A stretch of 46,033 nt of DNA. Origin: an uncultured archaeon. GTDB taxonomy: Archaea; Asgardarchaeota; Heimdallarchaeia; Heimdallarchaeales; Heimdallarchaeaceae. The position numbers were made by a program, and so were the translations under genes. This document shows, piece after piece, positions 8,938 to 17,247 of this stretch; position 1 is the stretch's first letter, and every line of letters starts with the position of its first letter. Location of the stretch: contig CAZJUB010000008.1 in the NCBI GenBank assembly GCA_964549075.1, forward strand, positions 23,077 through 69,109, read 5' to 3'. Below the pieces are notes generated by a model. The model was not told the origin of the DNA. It saw only the letters and a list, made by a program, of their open reading frames with translations, and searched no databases.

Positions 8938-10800
8938 ATGACTCGAGTTGCTGTAATAGACCAAGAGAAATGCAGACCTGACAAATGTGGAAAATTGTGT
9001 TACAAGGTTTGTCCCTCAGTTAGAGCTGGGAGAGAAACAATCACATTTGATCCTCCATCAAATAAAGCAGTGATACATGAGCCACTTTGTTCAGGAGTAG
9101 GAATATGTGTTAAGAAGTGTCCTTTCCATTGTATAACTGTTGTAAATCTTCCGGAAGAATTGGATTCAGAAGTAACTCATAGATATGGTATCAATGGATT
9201 TAAGTTACACAGATTACCTATGCCAAAATTAGGTCAAGTAACAGGTTTAGTTGGTCAAAACGGTTCAGGTAAAACTACAACACTAAATATTTTACAAGGA
9301 AATCTTAAACCCAATCTAGGCAGATTTGATAATCCACCAGAATGGGATGAAGTCATTGAAAATTACAGAGGTACAGAAATTCAGAGTTATTTTGAAAAAT
9401 TAGCTAATAATAATCTAAGAACGATACTCAAACCGCAGAATGTAGACAAATTACCACGTGTCACAAAAGGAAAAGTATCAGAATTATTAGAAAAAGTTGA
9501 TGAGAAAGGAATTAAAAATGAAGTAAAAGAGATATTCTCGCTTTCTAAAGTTTGGGATAGAGAAATCAAAAATTTAAGTGGAGGAGAACTTCAAAGATTA
9601 GCTATTGCAGCAGCTATTACTCGGGAAGCTGAAGTATATCTTTTTGATGAACCTACATCTTATTTAGATGTACAAGAGAGAGTAAAAATTTCTCGCTACA
9701 TTAATGAACTCAAATCACCAAATCAGACTATCATTGTAGTTGAACACGATCTTGCGATGCTAGATTATTTGAGCGATCAGGTTCACATGTTTTATGGAGA
9801 TGCAGGAGTATATGGAATTGTTAGTCATCCTTATTCAGTTAGAGAAGGAATAAATATCTTTCTTGATGGTTATATTCCATCAGAAAATATGCGTTTTCGA
9901 CCAGAACCTATTATCTTTAAAAAAGCAATTATGGAAGACAGGTATATTTCCAGTAGATTAGCTATAAGGTATGGGGATATAACTAAAGAATTTGATTCTT
10001 TTGAATTAGCTGTAAAAGGAGGAGAACTCTATAAAGGCGAAGTTGTAGGTATTATTGGACCAAATGGTATTGGAAAAACAACTTTTGTAAAAATACTAGC
10101 AGGAATTTTGGAACCCACAACCATTTCACAAGAAACAGAACTGCTTGCTAAGATGAGTAAAAAGGAGAAAATAAAGGAAAATCCTGAAGCAATCGAAGAA
10201 AAAAAGGAAATAAAAGAGAGATTAATTGTTAGTCATAAACCTCAGTATCTTTATACAGAATCAGAACAAACAGTTTCTGGATATTTGACAGAAGTTAATC
10301 CAGTAATGTTGAGTAGTGGTTGGCATAAATCCGAAATCATAGACCCCCTAAAGTTCTCAAAATTACTAGATTCTAAACTCTGTGACTTATCAGGAGGAGA
10401 ATTACAAAAAGTATCTATTGCTGCCTGTTTAGGAAGGAGAGCACACTTGTATCTTCTTGATGAGCCTTCTGCATATATATCATCGGAAGATAGAGTTAAT
10501 GTAGCTAGAGTCATTAAACGAGCTGTATCACACTATGAGTTTCCTGCTATTGTTGTTGAACATGATGTAATGATGCTCAATTTTACTTCTGATAGAATCA
10601 TGGTTTTCGATGGAAAGCCAGGAGAAATTGGTCGAGCAAGAAGAATTGGATCTTTGCAGAATGGAATGAATGATTTTTTGAAAAAAATGGACATAACATT
10701 TAGACAAGATCCTAGAACCTTACGTCCGCGTGTTAATAAAAAAGATTCTCAATTAGATAAGAAACAGAAGGCAGAAGGAAGATATTTTGTTACTGCATAA
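8938..10800 (+). CDS. rli1: Ribosome recycling ATPase ABCE1/Rli1
   Basis: N-terminal FeS domain, HRYGINGFKLHRLP, two NBDs with LSGGELQ, and C-terminal RPRVNK..SQLD. Confidence 0.97.
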   Translation: MTRVAVIDQEKCRPDKCGKLCYKVCPSVRAGRETITFDPPSNKAVIHEPLCSGVGICVKKCPFHCITVVNLPEELDSEVTHRYGINGFKLHRLPMPKLGQVTGLVGQNGSGKTTTLNILQGNLKPNLGRFDNPPEWDEVIENYRGTEIQSYFEKLANNNLRTILKPQNVDKLPRVTKGKVSELLEKVDEKGIKNEVKEIFSLSKVWDREIKNLSGGELQRLAIAAAITREAEVYLFDEPTSYLDVQERVKISRYINELKSPNQTIIVVEHDLAMLDYLSDQVHMFYGDAGVYGIVSHPYSVREGINIFLDGYIPSENMRFRPEPIIFKKAIMEDRYISSRLAIRYGDITKEFDSFELAVKGGELYKGEVVGIIGPNGIGKTTFVKILAGILEPTTISQETELLAKMSKKEKIKENPEAIEEKKEIKERLIVSHKPQYLYTESEQTVSGYLTEVNPVMLSSGWHKSEIIDPLKFSKLLDSKLCDLSGGELQKVSIAACLGRRAHLYLLDEPSAYISSEDRVNVARVIKRAVSHYEFPAIVVEHDVMMLNFTSDRIMVFDGKPGEIGRARRIGSLQNGMNDFLKKMDITFRQDPRTLRPRVNKKDSQLDKKQKAEGRYFVTA

Positions 10801-10883
10801 TTTTAGTTATTTTCATATACTAAAAGTAAAATCTATCCATAGCTGAGTATAAAAACCCAAAAAGTAAAAGAATGGAGGGAACA

Positions 10884-11321
10884 TTACTCAGTTTTTAAAT
10901 GTTCAAACCACTCTGGAAGTTTTATTTCATCGATAGGAGTACTATCACCTGGCAAGTATGGTTTAATGTCTAAAACAGGCGTTCCATCAATGGCATCTAT
11001 TTTATCTATGAATAATTTATTATTTTTCACTTTTAACAACCTTACTTTTGTTAGACCAATAGGATTTGGTCTTGCAGGACTTCGGCAAGAAAAGACTCCA
11101 GTTTCAACTGATTTAGCCAATCTAGGAGGTGTTGCGAGTAAGTTTGATCTATCTTGAGGATTATCTCTCATTGAGATCCACCACAACACATAAACATGAC
11201 TAAATTTTTCTATATGTCTTAATCCAGCAGTATAAGGTTGATAAATTTCTATATAACAAGCTTCCTTTTCGATTCTTACAGCACCAATTTGATAAATTCC
11301 AAAAGACGGCATAATATTCAA
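10884..11321 (-). CDS. tsaA: TsaA/TrmO SAM-binding tRNA m6t6A37 methyltransferase domain
   Basis: GVFSCRSPARPNPIG and DAIDGTPVLDIKPY. Confidence 0.9.
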   Translation of the reverse strand: MNIMPSFGIYQIGAVRIEKEACYIEIYQPYTAGLRHIEKFSHVYVLWWISMRDNPQDRSNLLATPPRLAKSVETGVFSCRSPARPNPIGLTKVRLLKVKNNKLFIDKIDAIDGTPVLDIKPYLPGDSTPIDEIKLPEWFEHLKTE

Positions 11322-11386
11322 AGTTCATTAAGTTACGCTTCTTTTGAACTTTTCTTTTTATTTAATATTCTGATGACAACGAAATA

Positions 11387-12061
11387 TTATAGAAAACTAT
11401 CTAATGTAGAACACTCTTTTTTTGATTGGTGTTCTATTTTCTTCAAAAATTTACCTTCTATTTTCATTTCTGCTTTTTCTATTGCATATTTTGGAATAAA
11501 CTTATGAAATAGCTTGGGATTCAGTCTTTGCTCTAAAAATTGAGTTTCATAATATTTTTCCCAAAGAAGATCACCTTCATCAAGGATTAAATCTTCAGGA
11601 AGTTTTTGAGTTATATTTCTAGCTGCAAAATCACGTACAGAATTTATTATATCTTCCCTAGAACTACCACTAAAGTTTGGGAAGTGGGGTATATCTCTTC
11701 TATTTGAAACTACAGCAAAATCACTACTTGAAAATATAACAATAATAAATTGATCAAACCTTTTAGCTATTGTTTTTGCAATAAAATAAACAGAATTGTG
11801 TTCAGGTTTACAACTTCCAACTAATATCATCTCTTGATAAGGTTGTAATCTCAAATATGCAGAAAGTAAATGAATCTCTCTTAAAACTTGATTTGCTCTT
11901 TTTTTTATTTGTTTACCAAAAACACTACAACCTGTAGTTATTTCATAAGGTTGTGATTTCATTAACAAGAGAGCTTTTTCAATAAAATCAACTGTTGTAT
12001 CTTTATGATATTTGGCAGCTTCAACATATTCACTAGCAGATAAATTGCAAACCCAAGACAT
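11387..12061 (-). CDS. DUF4130 / TIGR03915-like putative DNA metabolism protein
   Basis: V.REIH.L.AYLR, PEHN, RF, LWEKYY...RLNPKL..KFIPK motifs. 1 bp downstream of the radical SAM gene. Confidence 0.8.
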   Translation of the reverse strand: MSWVCNLSASEYVEAAKYHKDTTVDFIEKALLLMKSQPYEITTGCSVFGKQIKKRANQVLREIHLLSAYLRLQPYQEMILVGSCKPEHNSVYFIAKTIAKRFDQFIIVIFSSSDFAVVSNRRDIPHFPNFSGSSREDIINSVRDFAARNITQKLPEDLILDEGDLLWEKYYETQFLEQRLNPKLFHKFIPKYAIEKAEMKIEGKFLKKIEHQSKKECSTLDSFL

Positions 12062-12062
12062 T

Positions 12063-13238
12063 TTAATCGTTCTCCTCCTTTTTCTGAAAATCTGCTAAAG
12101 TGAGCTGCTTTTTCTCTCCTATTTTAAGAAAAGGTAAAGCACGTTTTAAGACCACACCAATAGTCTTTAGTTGTTCATTTTTATGTATCAAAACGCCTTT
12201 ATTTCTTAAGTTAATAATTCTCGTAGCAGAAGTATGCCCTACTCCGGGAACACGCATTAAATCTCTATAGGTTGCATTATTTATATCAACAGGGAAAAAC
12301 TCAGAATTTTCTCTAGCTATAGTCACTTTCGGGTCTTCTTTTAATGGAATAAATCCCGTATCATTTACCACTGAAATAAGTTCATCCGGAGAAAATTTGT
12401 ATATTCTCCTTAACCAGTCAATCTGATATAATCTATGCTCTCTTAGGAAAAAATCTCGAGGGAAAGATCTTGGTTTCAGCTCTAAAGGTAAACAAGTAGA
12501 ATAATATTGTCTTCTAAAATTCCAATCTTCATCATAAAATTTAAAGACAGCTTCCAAAATCTCCTTGTCCGTCTCTTCAGCAGCACCTATAACATACTGT
12601 GTTGTATAACCAGCTGGTATATGACCTGTTTTGTTCATATCAGGCAGTAATTTCGTTACTTTGATTATATCATTAGTATAATCCTTGGTTGAACAGGTTT
12701 CATTGAAACGAGTTTTATTAGGTAGTTCGACATTTAAACTCACACGATCAGCTAGTTCTGCAATTCTATACAACTCATCTTTACCAATTCCTGGTAAGAC
12801 TTTTGCATGAATATATCCATCAAAATTATACTTATACCTGAGTAAATGAAGAGTTTCATGAATTATTTCTGCTTGACAATTTGCACTTTTACCGACACCA
12901 GAACTAAGAAATAAACCTTCAATGTAATTTCTCAGATAGAATGCAATCGTTAATTTAGCTAATTCTTCAGGCTCAAAAGAGGTTATAGTTTGTTTTATCT
13001 TTGTTTTATTTTTAGTGGAATTTACACAATATTTACAGTCATGAATGCATCGGTTTGTTACTAGAACCTTCAGAAGACTAATACACCTACCATCAGGGAG
13101 AAAAGAATGACATACTCCAGTTGTAACACTTTTCCCTATAGAACCAGGAGTATGAGCACGAGGTGATGCCGTGGATGCACAAAGATCGTATTTTGCTGCT
13201 TCTCCCAATATACGCAATTTTTCAAGTATACCGGGCAA
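12063..13238 (-). CDS. Putative DNA modification/repair radical SAM protein with HhH domain (TIGR03916-like)
   Basis: EKLRIL..AAKYD, GVCHSF.PDGRCISLLK, CIHDCKYC, NYIEGLFLSSG, REHRLYQ.DWL, HhH RVPGVG. TTG start. Confidence 0.92.
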   Translation of the reverse strand: MPGILEKLRILGEAAKYDLCASTASPRAHTPGSIGKSVTTGVCHSFLPDGRCISLLKVLVTNRCIHDCKYCVNSTKNKTKIKQTITSFEPEELAKLTIAFYLRNYIEGLFLSSGVGKSANCQAEIIHETLHLLRYKYNFDGYIHAKVLPGIGKDELYRIAELADRVSLNVELPNKTRFNETCSTKDYTNDIIKVTKLLPDMNKTGHIPAGYTTQYVIGAAEETDKEILEAVFKFYDEDWNFRRQYYSTCLPLELKPRSFPRDFFLREHRLYQIDWLRRIYKFSPDELISVVNDTGFIPLKEDPKVTIARENSEFFPVDINNATYRDLMRVPGVGHTSATRIINLRNKGVLIHKNEQLKTIGVVLKRALPFLKIGEKKQLTLADFQKKEEND

Positions 13239-13314
13239 TAGTATTCACTATAGAATCTCATTTTTATATAAAAACCCCAAAAATAATTGAATAAAAAATA
13301 ATCAAAATCACAAC

Positions 13315-13322
13315 TTTTAAAA
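13315..13322 (+). promoter_or_regulatory. Candidate TATA box for rpl15e
   Basis: TTTTAAAA about 23 nt upstream of the GC-rich leader hairpin. Confidence 0.4.
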
Positions 13323-13344
13323 CTAATCCATTGTTTGGAAACAT

Positions 13345-13378
13345 ACCGACGAGATGTCCTCACGGGAATCGTAGGTGA
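13345..13378 (+). promoter_or_regulatory. Structured 5' leader of eL15 overlapping the Shine-Dalgarno
   Basis: ACC-G-ACGA pairs with TCGT-A-GGT, with inner TCCT/GGGA. SD GGTGA (13374-13378) lies partly within the 3' strand. Confidence 0.5.
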
Positions 13379-13383
13379 TCAAT

Positions 13384-14013
13384 ATGACTAAGAGTATGTA
13401 TAAATATATCGGAGATTTTTGGAAAAACCGCAACACTCCAGAATTTAAAGCTCTGATGAGACAGAGAGTAATACAATGGCGTAGAGAGGGAGCTACTGAG
13501 CGTGTGGAAAGACCTACTAGATTAGATAGAGCTAGAGCTTTAGGTTATAAAGCTAAACAAGGATATGTAATTGTTAGAGCTAAGGTCAGAAGAGGGGGAA
13601 GAAGAAAGCAAAGACCAGTTAGAGGAAGAAAATCTCGCAATATGGGTGTTAACAAAATTACTCCCAAGAAAAGTATCAAACTGATAGCAGAAGAACGTGT
13701 TGCTAGAAAGTATAGTAACCTTGAAGTCTTGAATTCCTATTGGGTTGGTCAAGATGGAAGACATAAATTCTTTGAAGTAATCCTAGTAGATCCACAACAT
13801 CCAGCTATAGCTAAGGATCCACGTACAAGTTGGATATCCATTAGAGAGCATCGTGGAGATGAAGTCTTTTATTTGAAGAATCCTGTTCATAGGGGAAGAG
13901 TACATCGTGGTTTAACTAGTGCTGGAAGAAAATCAAGAGGACTTCGTAACAAAGGGTATGGAACAGAAAAAGTCAGACCTTCTCTTCGAAGTCATGGTAG
14001 AAGAGGAAATTAA
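13384..14013 (+). CDS. rpl15e: 50S ribosomal protein eL15
   Basis: [42 protein letters not shown] 13384 follows SD GGTGA. Confidence 0.97.
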   Translation: MTKSMYKYIGDFWKNRNTPEFKALMRQRVIQWRREGATERVERPTRLDRARALGYKAKQGYVIVRAKVRRGGRRKQRPVRGRKSRNMGVNKITPKKSIKLIAEERVARKYSNLEVLNSYWVGQDGRHKFFEVILVDPQHPAIAKDPRTSWISIREHRGDEVFYLKNPVHRGRVHRGLTSAGRKSRGLRNKGYGTEKVRPSLRSHGRRGN

Positions 14014-14041
14014 CCTCTTTCTTTTCATTTCTTTAAATTAG

Positions 14042-14500
14042 ATGGTTAATATGACTATATCTTTTACAAAATTAGATTTTAGTTTCTTAGTACATTCCAC
14101 AGAGGATTTTGACAAGAATATGGTAGCAATAGCAAACTTGATTCCGGAAGAGATGATAAAAAATACTAAAATAATCGTAGAAGAGTTAGAAGGGGGGTAT
14201 AATAATCCGATTCAATATGTTTTCATAGAATTTAAGAAATCTGAAGAAATAGAGAAAATCCTTGAAAATCTAGTTAGTCAAATAACACAAGAACAAAAAA
14301 ATCAACTAAATACAGAGTTCGAAAATCGATTTGATTTTGATGGAAAAACCTTTTTCTTAAGAATTGATAAAGAAGGAATTTTTAAGAATAAATTAGATAT
14401 AGCTACTTCTGATAATGTTATTAAAATTGCAATAAAAACGGTTTCATATGTTAAAAATGTGGATTTTAAAGGATTTTTAAAGGAAAAAGGAATTTTGTAA
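14042..14500 (+). CDS. DUF54/COG1325 predicted RNA-binding protein
   Basis: VHSTED..K, EGGYNNPI, FFLRIDK motifs. Usual neighbour of rpl15e. Confidence 0.8.
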   Translation: MVNMTISFTKLDFSFLVHSTEDFDKNMVAIANLIPEEMIKNTKIIVEELEGGYNNPIQYVFIEFKKSEEIEKILENLVSQITQEQKNQLNTEFENRFDFDGKTFFLRIDKEGIFKNKLDIATSDNVIKIAIKTVSYVKNVDFKGFLKEKGIL

Positions 14501-14554
14501 AATTCCTTTAGTCATTTTGATTATATTTATAAGATTTGAATATAATTTGATTTT

Positions 14555-17026
14555 ATGAAAAAGAAATTAATTTTAATTTTTTTAACAACTTTATTTATTA
14601 CTACAAGTTTGATATCCGGAGAATCAGTTTTGTCTTTTCAACATGATTTTAATGATAATGAATTTGCATTAAATGTTAATGGTAGTGGTGCCTTTGAGCA
14701 CATATATGGTCCTCCTGGTCATGTTGCTTTAGCAGTTAGTGAGGAGGATAATTTAATCTTTACAAATGCTCCTGAAGGATTAGCACTAATTCAGAGGGAT
14801 GACTTATCTAATATGACTATATATAAAGATGAGATAGGTTTAACTGATGTACAGATACAAAACTTGGAGATAGATAAAGAACTTAAGCTACTGTATATTG
14901 GCTCCGTTCAAGGTGTGGATATTTTAAACTACTCAGATACACCTTTAACAGTTACTCCGATTTTAACAAATGTTGCCACGAATTTTGAGTTAGGAGACTT
15001 CATTGATGTAGATCCATTTACACATTATGCATGGATTGTAACTCAATCACATGGTTTGATTGTTTATGATCCAATTAATGATAGACAAGTGGATATTAGT
15101 GGTTATAATCCTCCTGCTGCAAGCGTAAAAATGCTTACAGTTGATGTAAATTCTTCTGAAGCATTTGCATATATCGGAACTTCTGTAGGAGTATATAGAA
15201 TAGATATTTCAGAGAATACCACAAAATGGTATACTACAAGTCAAGGTCTTCCTAATGATTATTCTAAACTTGTAAAATATTATCCTTCATTAGGGAAAAC
15301 CTTTGTTGCTACATTTGATGAAGGTACTGGAGTGTGTGATGGTATAAGTGTTATCTTTACTGATAATGATACAATTATGACATTTCCTTATACTCAAACA
15401 CCTTATTATTCAAGATCAGTATTGGATTTAGTGTGTGACACTGAGAGAGAATTAGGATTCATTGTATCCCCATATGCTACAAATGCTGAATCAGGGCTAC
15501 TAGTTTTTAATACTACAAGTATGGAAGGTATAGCTAAATCGACATATGGTGCCTTACCAGGAGGTTTTTCAGTTCCAACTGTAACTGGTGCGCCTTACTT
15601 AATTGAAGGTATGTTAGCAACTATTAGATTGGACTCAATTACTGGTGATTTTATTATAGGCACTGTTCAGAGAATTCAAAAAATGAACTATGCTCCACCT
15701 ACAACTGCAATAACAGAGCAAACGCAAATTTTAGGATTATCACATAATATGGCTACTGACATCAATTATGATCCGATTGATGGATATGCTTATGTCTCAA
15801 CTCTATTAGGATTAGATAGAATCGATGTTACAGATCCAGCAAGATTGAATCCCCTTTCTGTTGAACACATAATAACTGGTATTGGAGGAGCGGGGGGAGA
15901 CACAGCGGGAGAATTACTAGTAAACTCACGAGTAATTTATCATCACAGATATCGATATGATATTGATCTGAGTACTATTGATAATATGGAATCGGTACTC
16001 CCATTGACTGAGTATAGATATGTAGCTGATATTTCCTCGTCTTATAATGAAAGCTTGATTTATTATTCTATTGCCGCTCAAAACGCAGGTATCGGTGGAA
16101 ACGGTTCTATGATAATCTACAATTGGGAAACAGGTTTTTATCATGTAGAAAATTTCACTCAAGATGTAACTGCACTAGAAGTTAATTCGATTCTACAAGA
16201 TCCAGATAGAGATGTTCTCTATGTTGGAACCAACACTGGATTAATTCTTTATAACCTTACTACTTTATCAGAAATTAAGAGATTTGGTGAAGTAGAAAAT
16301 TGGGAAATTCAATCTTTAGAGTGGGTAGAAGGAAAATTATGGATTGGAATGGAACCTTATCCGAACATAAGAATATTCGATCCTTTGACAGAAACCTTTG
16401 AAGGTTTTAGTTTAGCCAATTTAATACTTTATCCATCTATCAACGATATTCATTATGTGTCTGCTACTCAAGAGATCTATATTCTTGCTAATTCAGGTCT
16501 ATACGCATATAATATGACAAATGGAGAACTAAAATATGAAGATGAATCAGATGGTTTATCTACATTATTCGTTAGAAGAATGGCTTATATTCCAACTACA
16601 CATGAAGCATGGATAGGATCATTCCAAGGGATAAATATCTACGACCCCTATTACGACGATACCCCTCCTTCAATGTTAGCAGTTTTTCCGAGCTCACCAT
16701 TCTCAGGTTTAATCAATATTGAAATTACTGGATATGATTACGCAGGAGTAAAAGAAGTCAAACTAACCATGAAGAATAGTACTTGGAGCAATTCGTGGAT
16801 GGCTGGTGGTGATTACTTACAAGTAGAAATAAATACACCTGCATATTCAAATGGAAATTATGATTTTGAGATAAATGTTACAGATTCTAATGATTTAGTT
16901 TCTACAAGCACTGTGAGTCACAGTATATTCAATCCAATAGTTAAAGAATTACCTGAAATAATAGGTCTAATATCAGTTCCATTTTTAGTCGGAACAGTAG
17001 TAATCGTTCTAAGAAAGAAGAAGTAA
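14555..17026 (+). CDS. Cell-surface beta-propeller protein with Ig-like stalk and C-terminal membrane anchor
   Basis: Signal peptide MKKKLILIF, repeated blades (YIGT..G, SQGLPND, SDGLST), many N-x-S/T sequons, DDTPP..Ig-like domain, TM segment followed by RKKK. Confidence 0.8.
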   Translation: MKKKLILIFLTTLFITTSLISGESVLSFQHDFNDNEFALNVNGSGAFEHIYGPPGHVALAVSEEDNLIFTNAPEGLALIQRDDLSNMTIYKDEIGLTDVQIQNLEIDKELKLLYIGSVQGVDILNYSDTPLTVTPILTNVATNFELGDFIDVDPFTHYAWIVTQSHGLIVYDPINDRQVDISGYNPPAASVKMLTVDVNSSEAFAYIGTSVGVYRIDISENTTKWYTTSQGLPNDYSKLVKYYPSLGKTFVATFDEGTGVCDGISVIFTDNDTIMTFPYTQTPYYSRSVLDLVCDTERELGFIVSPYATNAESGLLVFNTTSMEGIAKSTYGALPGGFSVPTVTGAPYLIEGMLATIRLDSITGDFIIGTVQRIQKMNYAPPTTAITEQTQILGLSHNMATDINYDPIDGYAYVSTLLGLDRIDVTDPARLNPLSVEHIITGIGGAGGDTAGELLVNSRVIYHHRYRYDIDLSTIDNMESVLPLTEYRYVADISSSYNESLIYYSIAAQNAGIGGNGSMIIYNWETGFYHVENFTQDVTALEVNSILQDPDRDVLYVGTNTGLILYNLTTLSEIKRFGEVENWEIQSLEWVEGKLWIGMEPYPNIRIFDPLTETFEGFSLANLILYPSINDIHYVSATQEIYILANSGLYAYNMTNGELKYEDESDGLSTLFVRRMAYIPTTHEAWIGSFQGINIYDPYYDDTPPSMLAVFPSSPFSGLINIEITGYDYAGVKEVKLTMKNSTWSNSWMAGGDYLQVEINTPAYSNGNYDFEINVTDSNDLVSTSTVSHSIFNPIVKELPEIIGLISVPFLVGTVVIVLRKKK

Positions 17027-17100
17027 AATATTCTTCTTTTTATTTTTTTATCATATTTTTAGTATTGGAATTCGGATAAGCAAATTCAATCTAAATGACA

Positions 17101-17114
17101 AAAAGCTTTTAAAA
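17101..17114 (+). promoter_or_regulatory. Candidate BRE-TATA promoter
   Basis: AAAAG followed by CTTTTAAAA upstream of a structured element and ileS. Confidence 0.45.
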
Positions 17115-17135
17115 TGTAGCCAATCACTTGGGATT

Positions 17136-17214
17136 GGCACTGAGGTATTAGGATGGATCGCGAAATTCGCTAAAATGAAATTCTTTTTTAAATATCCCCA
17201 TAGAGTGCCTTATA
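17136..17214 (+). ncRNA. Candidate structured RNA (H/ACA-like hairpin or ileS leader)
   Basis: GGCACT (17136-41) pairs with AGTGCC (17204-09). Inner GGAT/ATCC and GCGA/TCGC stems, with an ANA triplet after the stem. Confidence 0.3.
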
Positions 17215-17247
17215 AAGTTCCCAAAAGTCATTTTGGAGTAGATTATT

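Noticed and set aside
17136-17209. tRNA or T-box riboswitch
   Set aside because: tRNA-sized but no cloverleaf or TTC loop. No T-box consensus, and the leader is too short.
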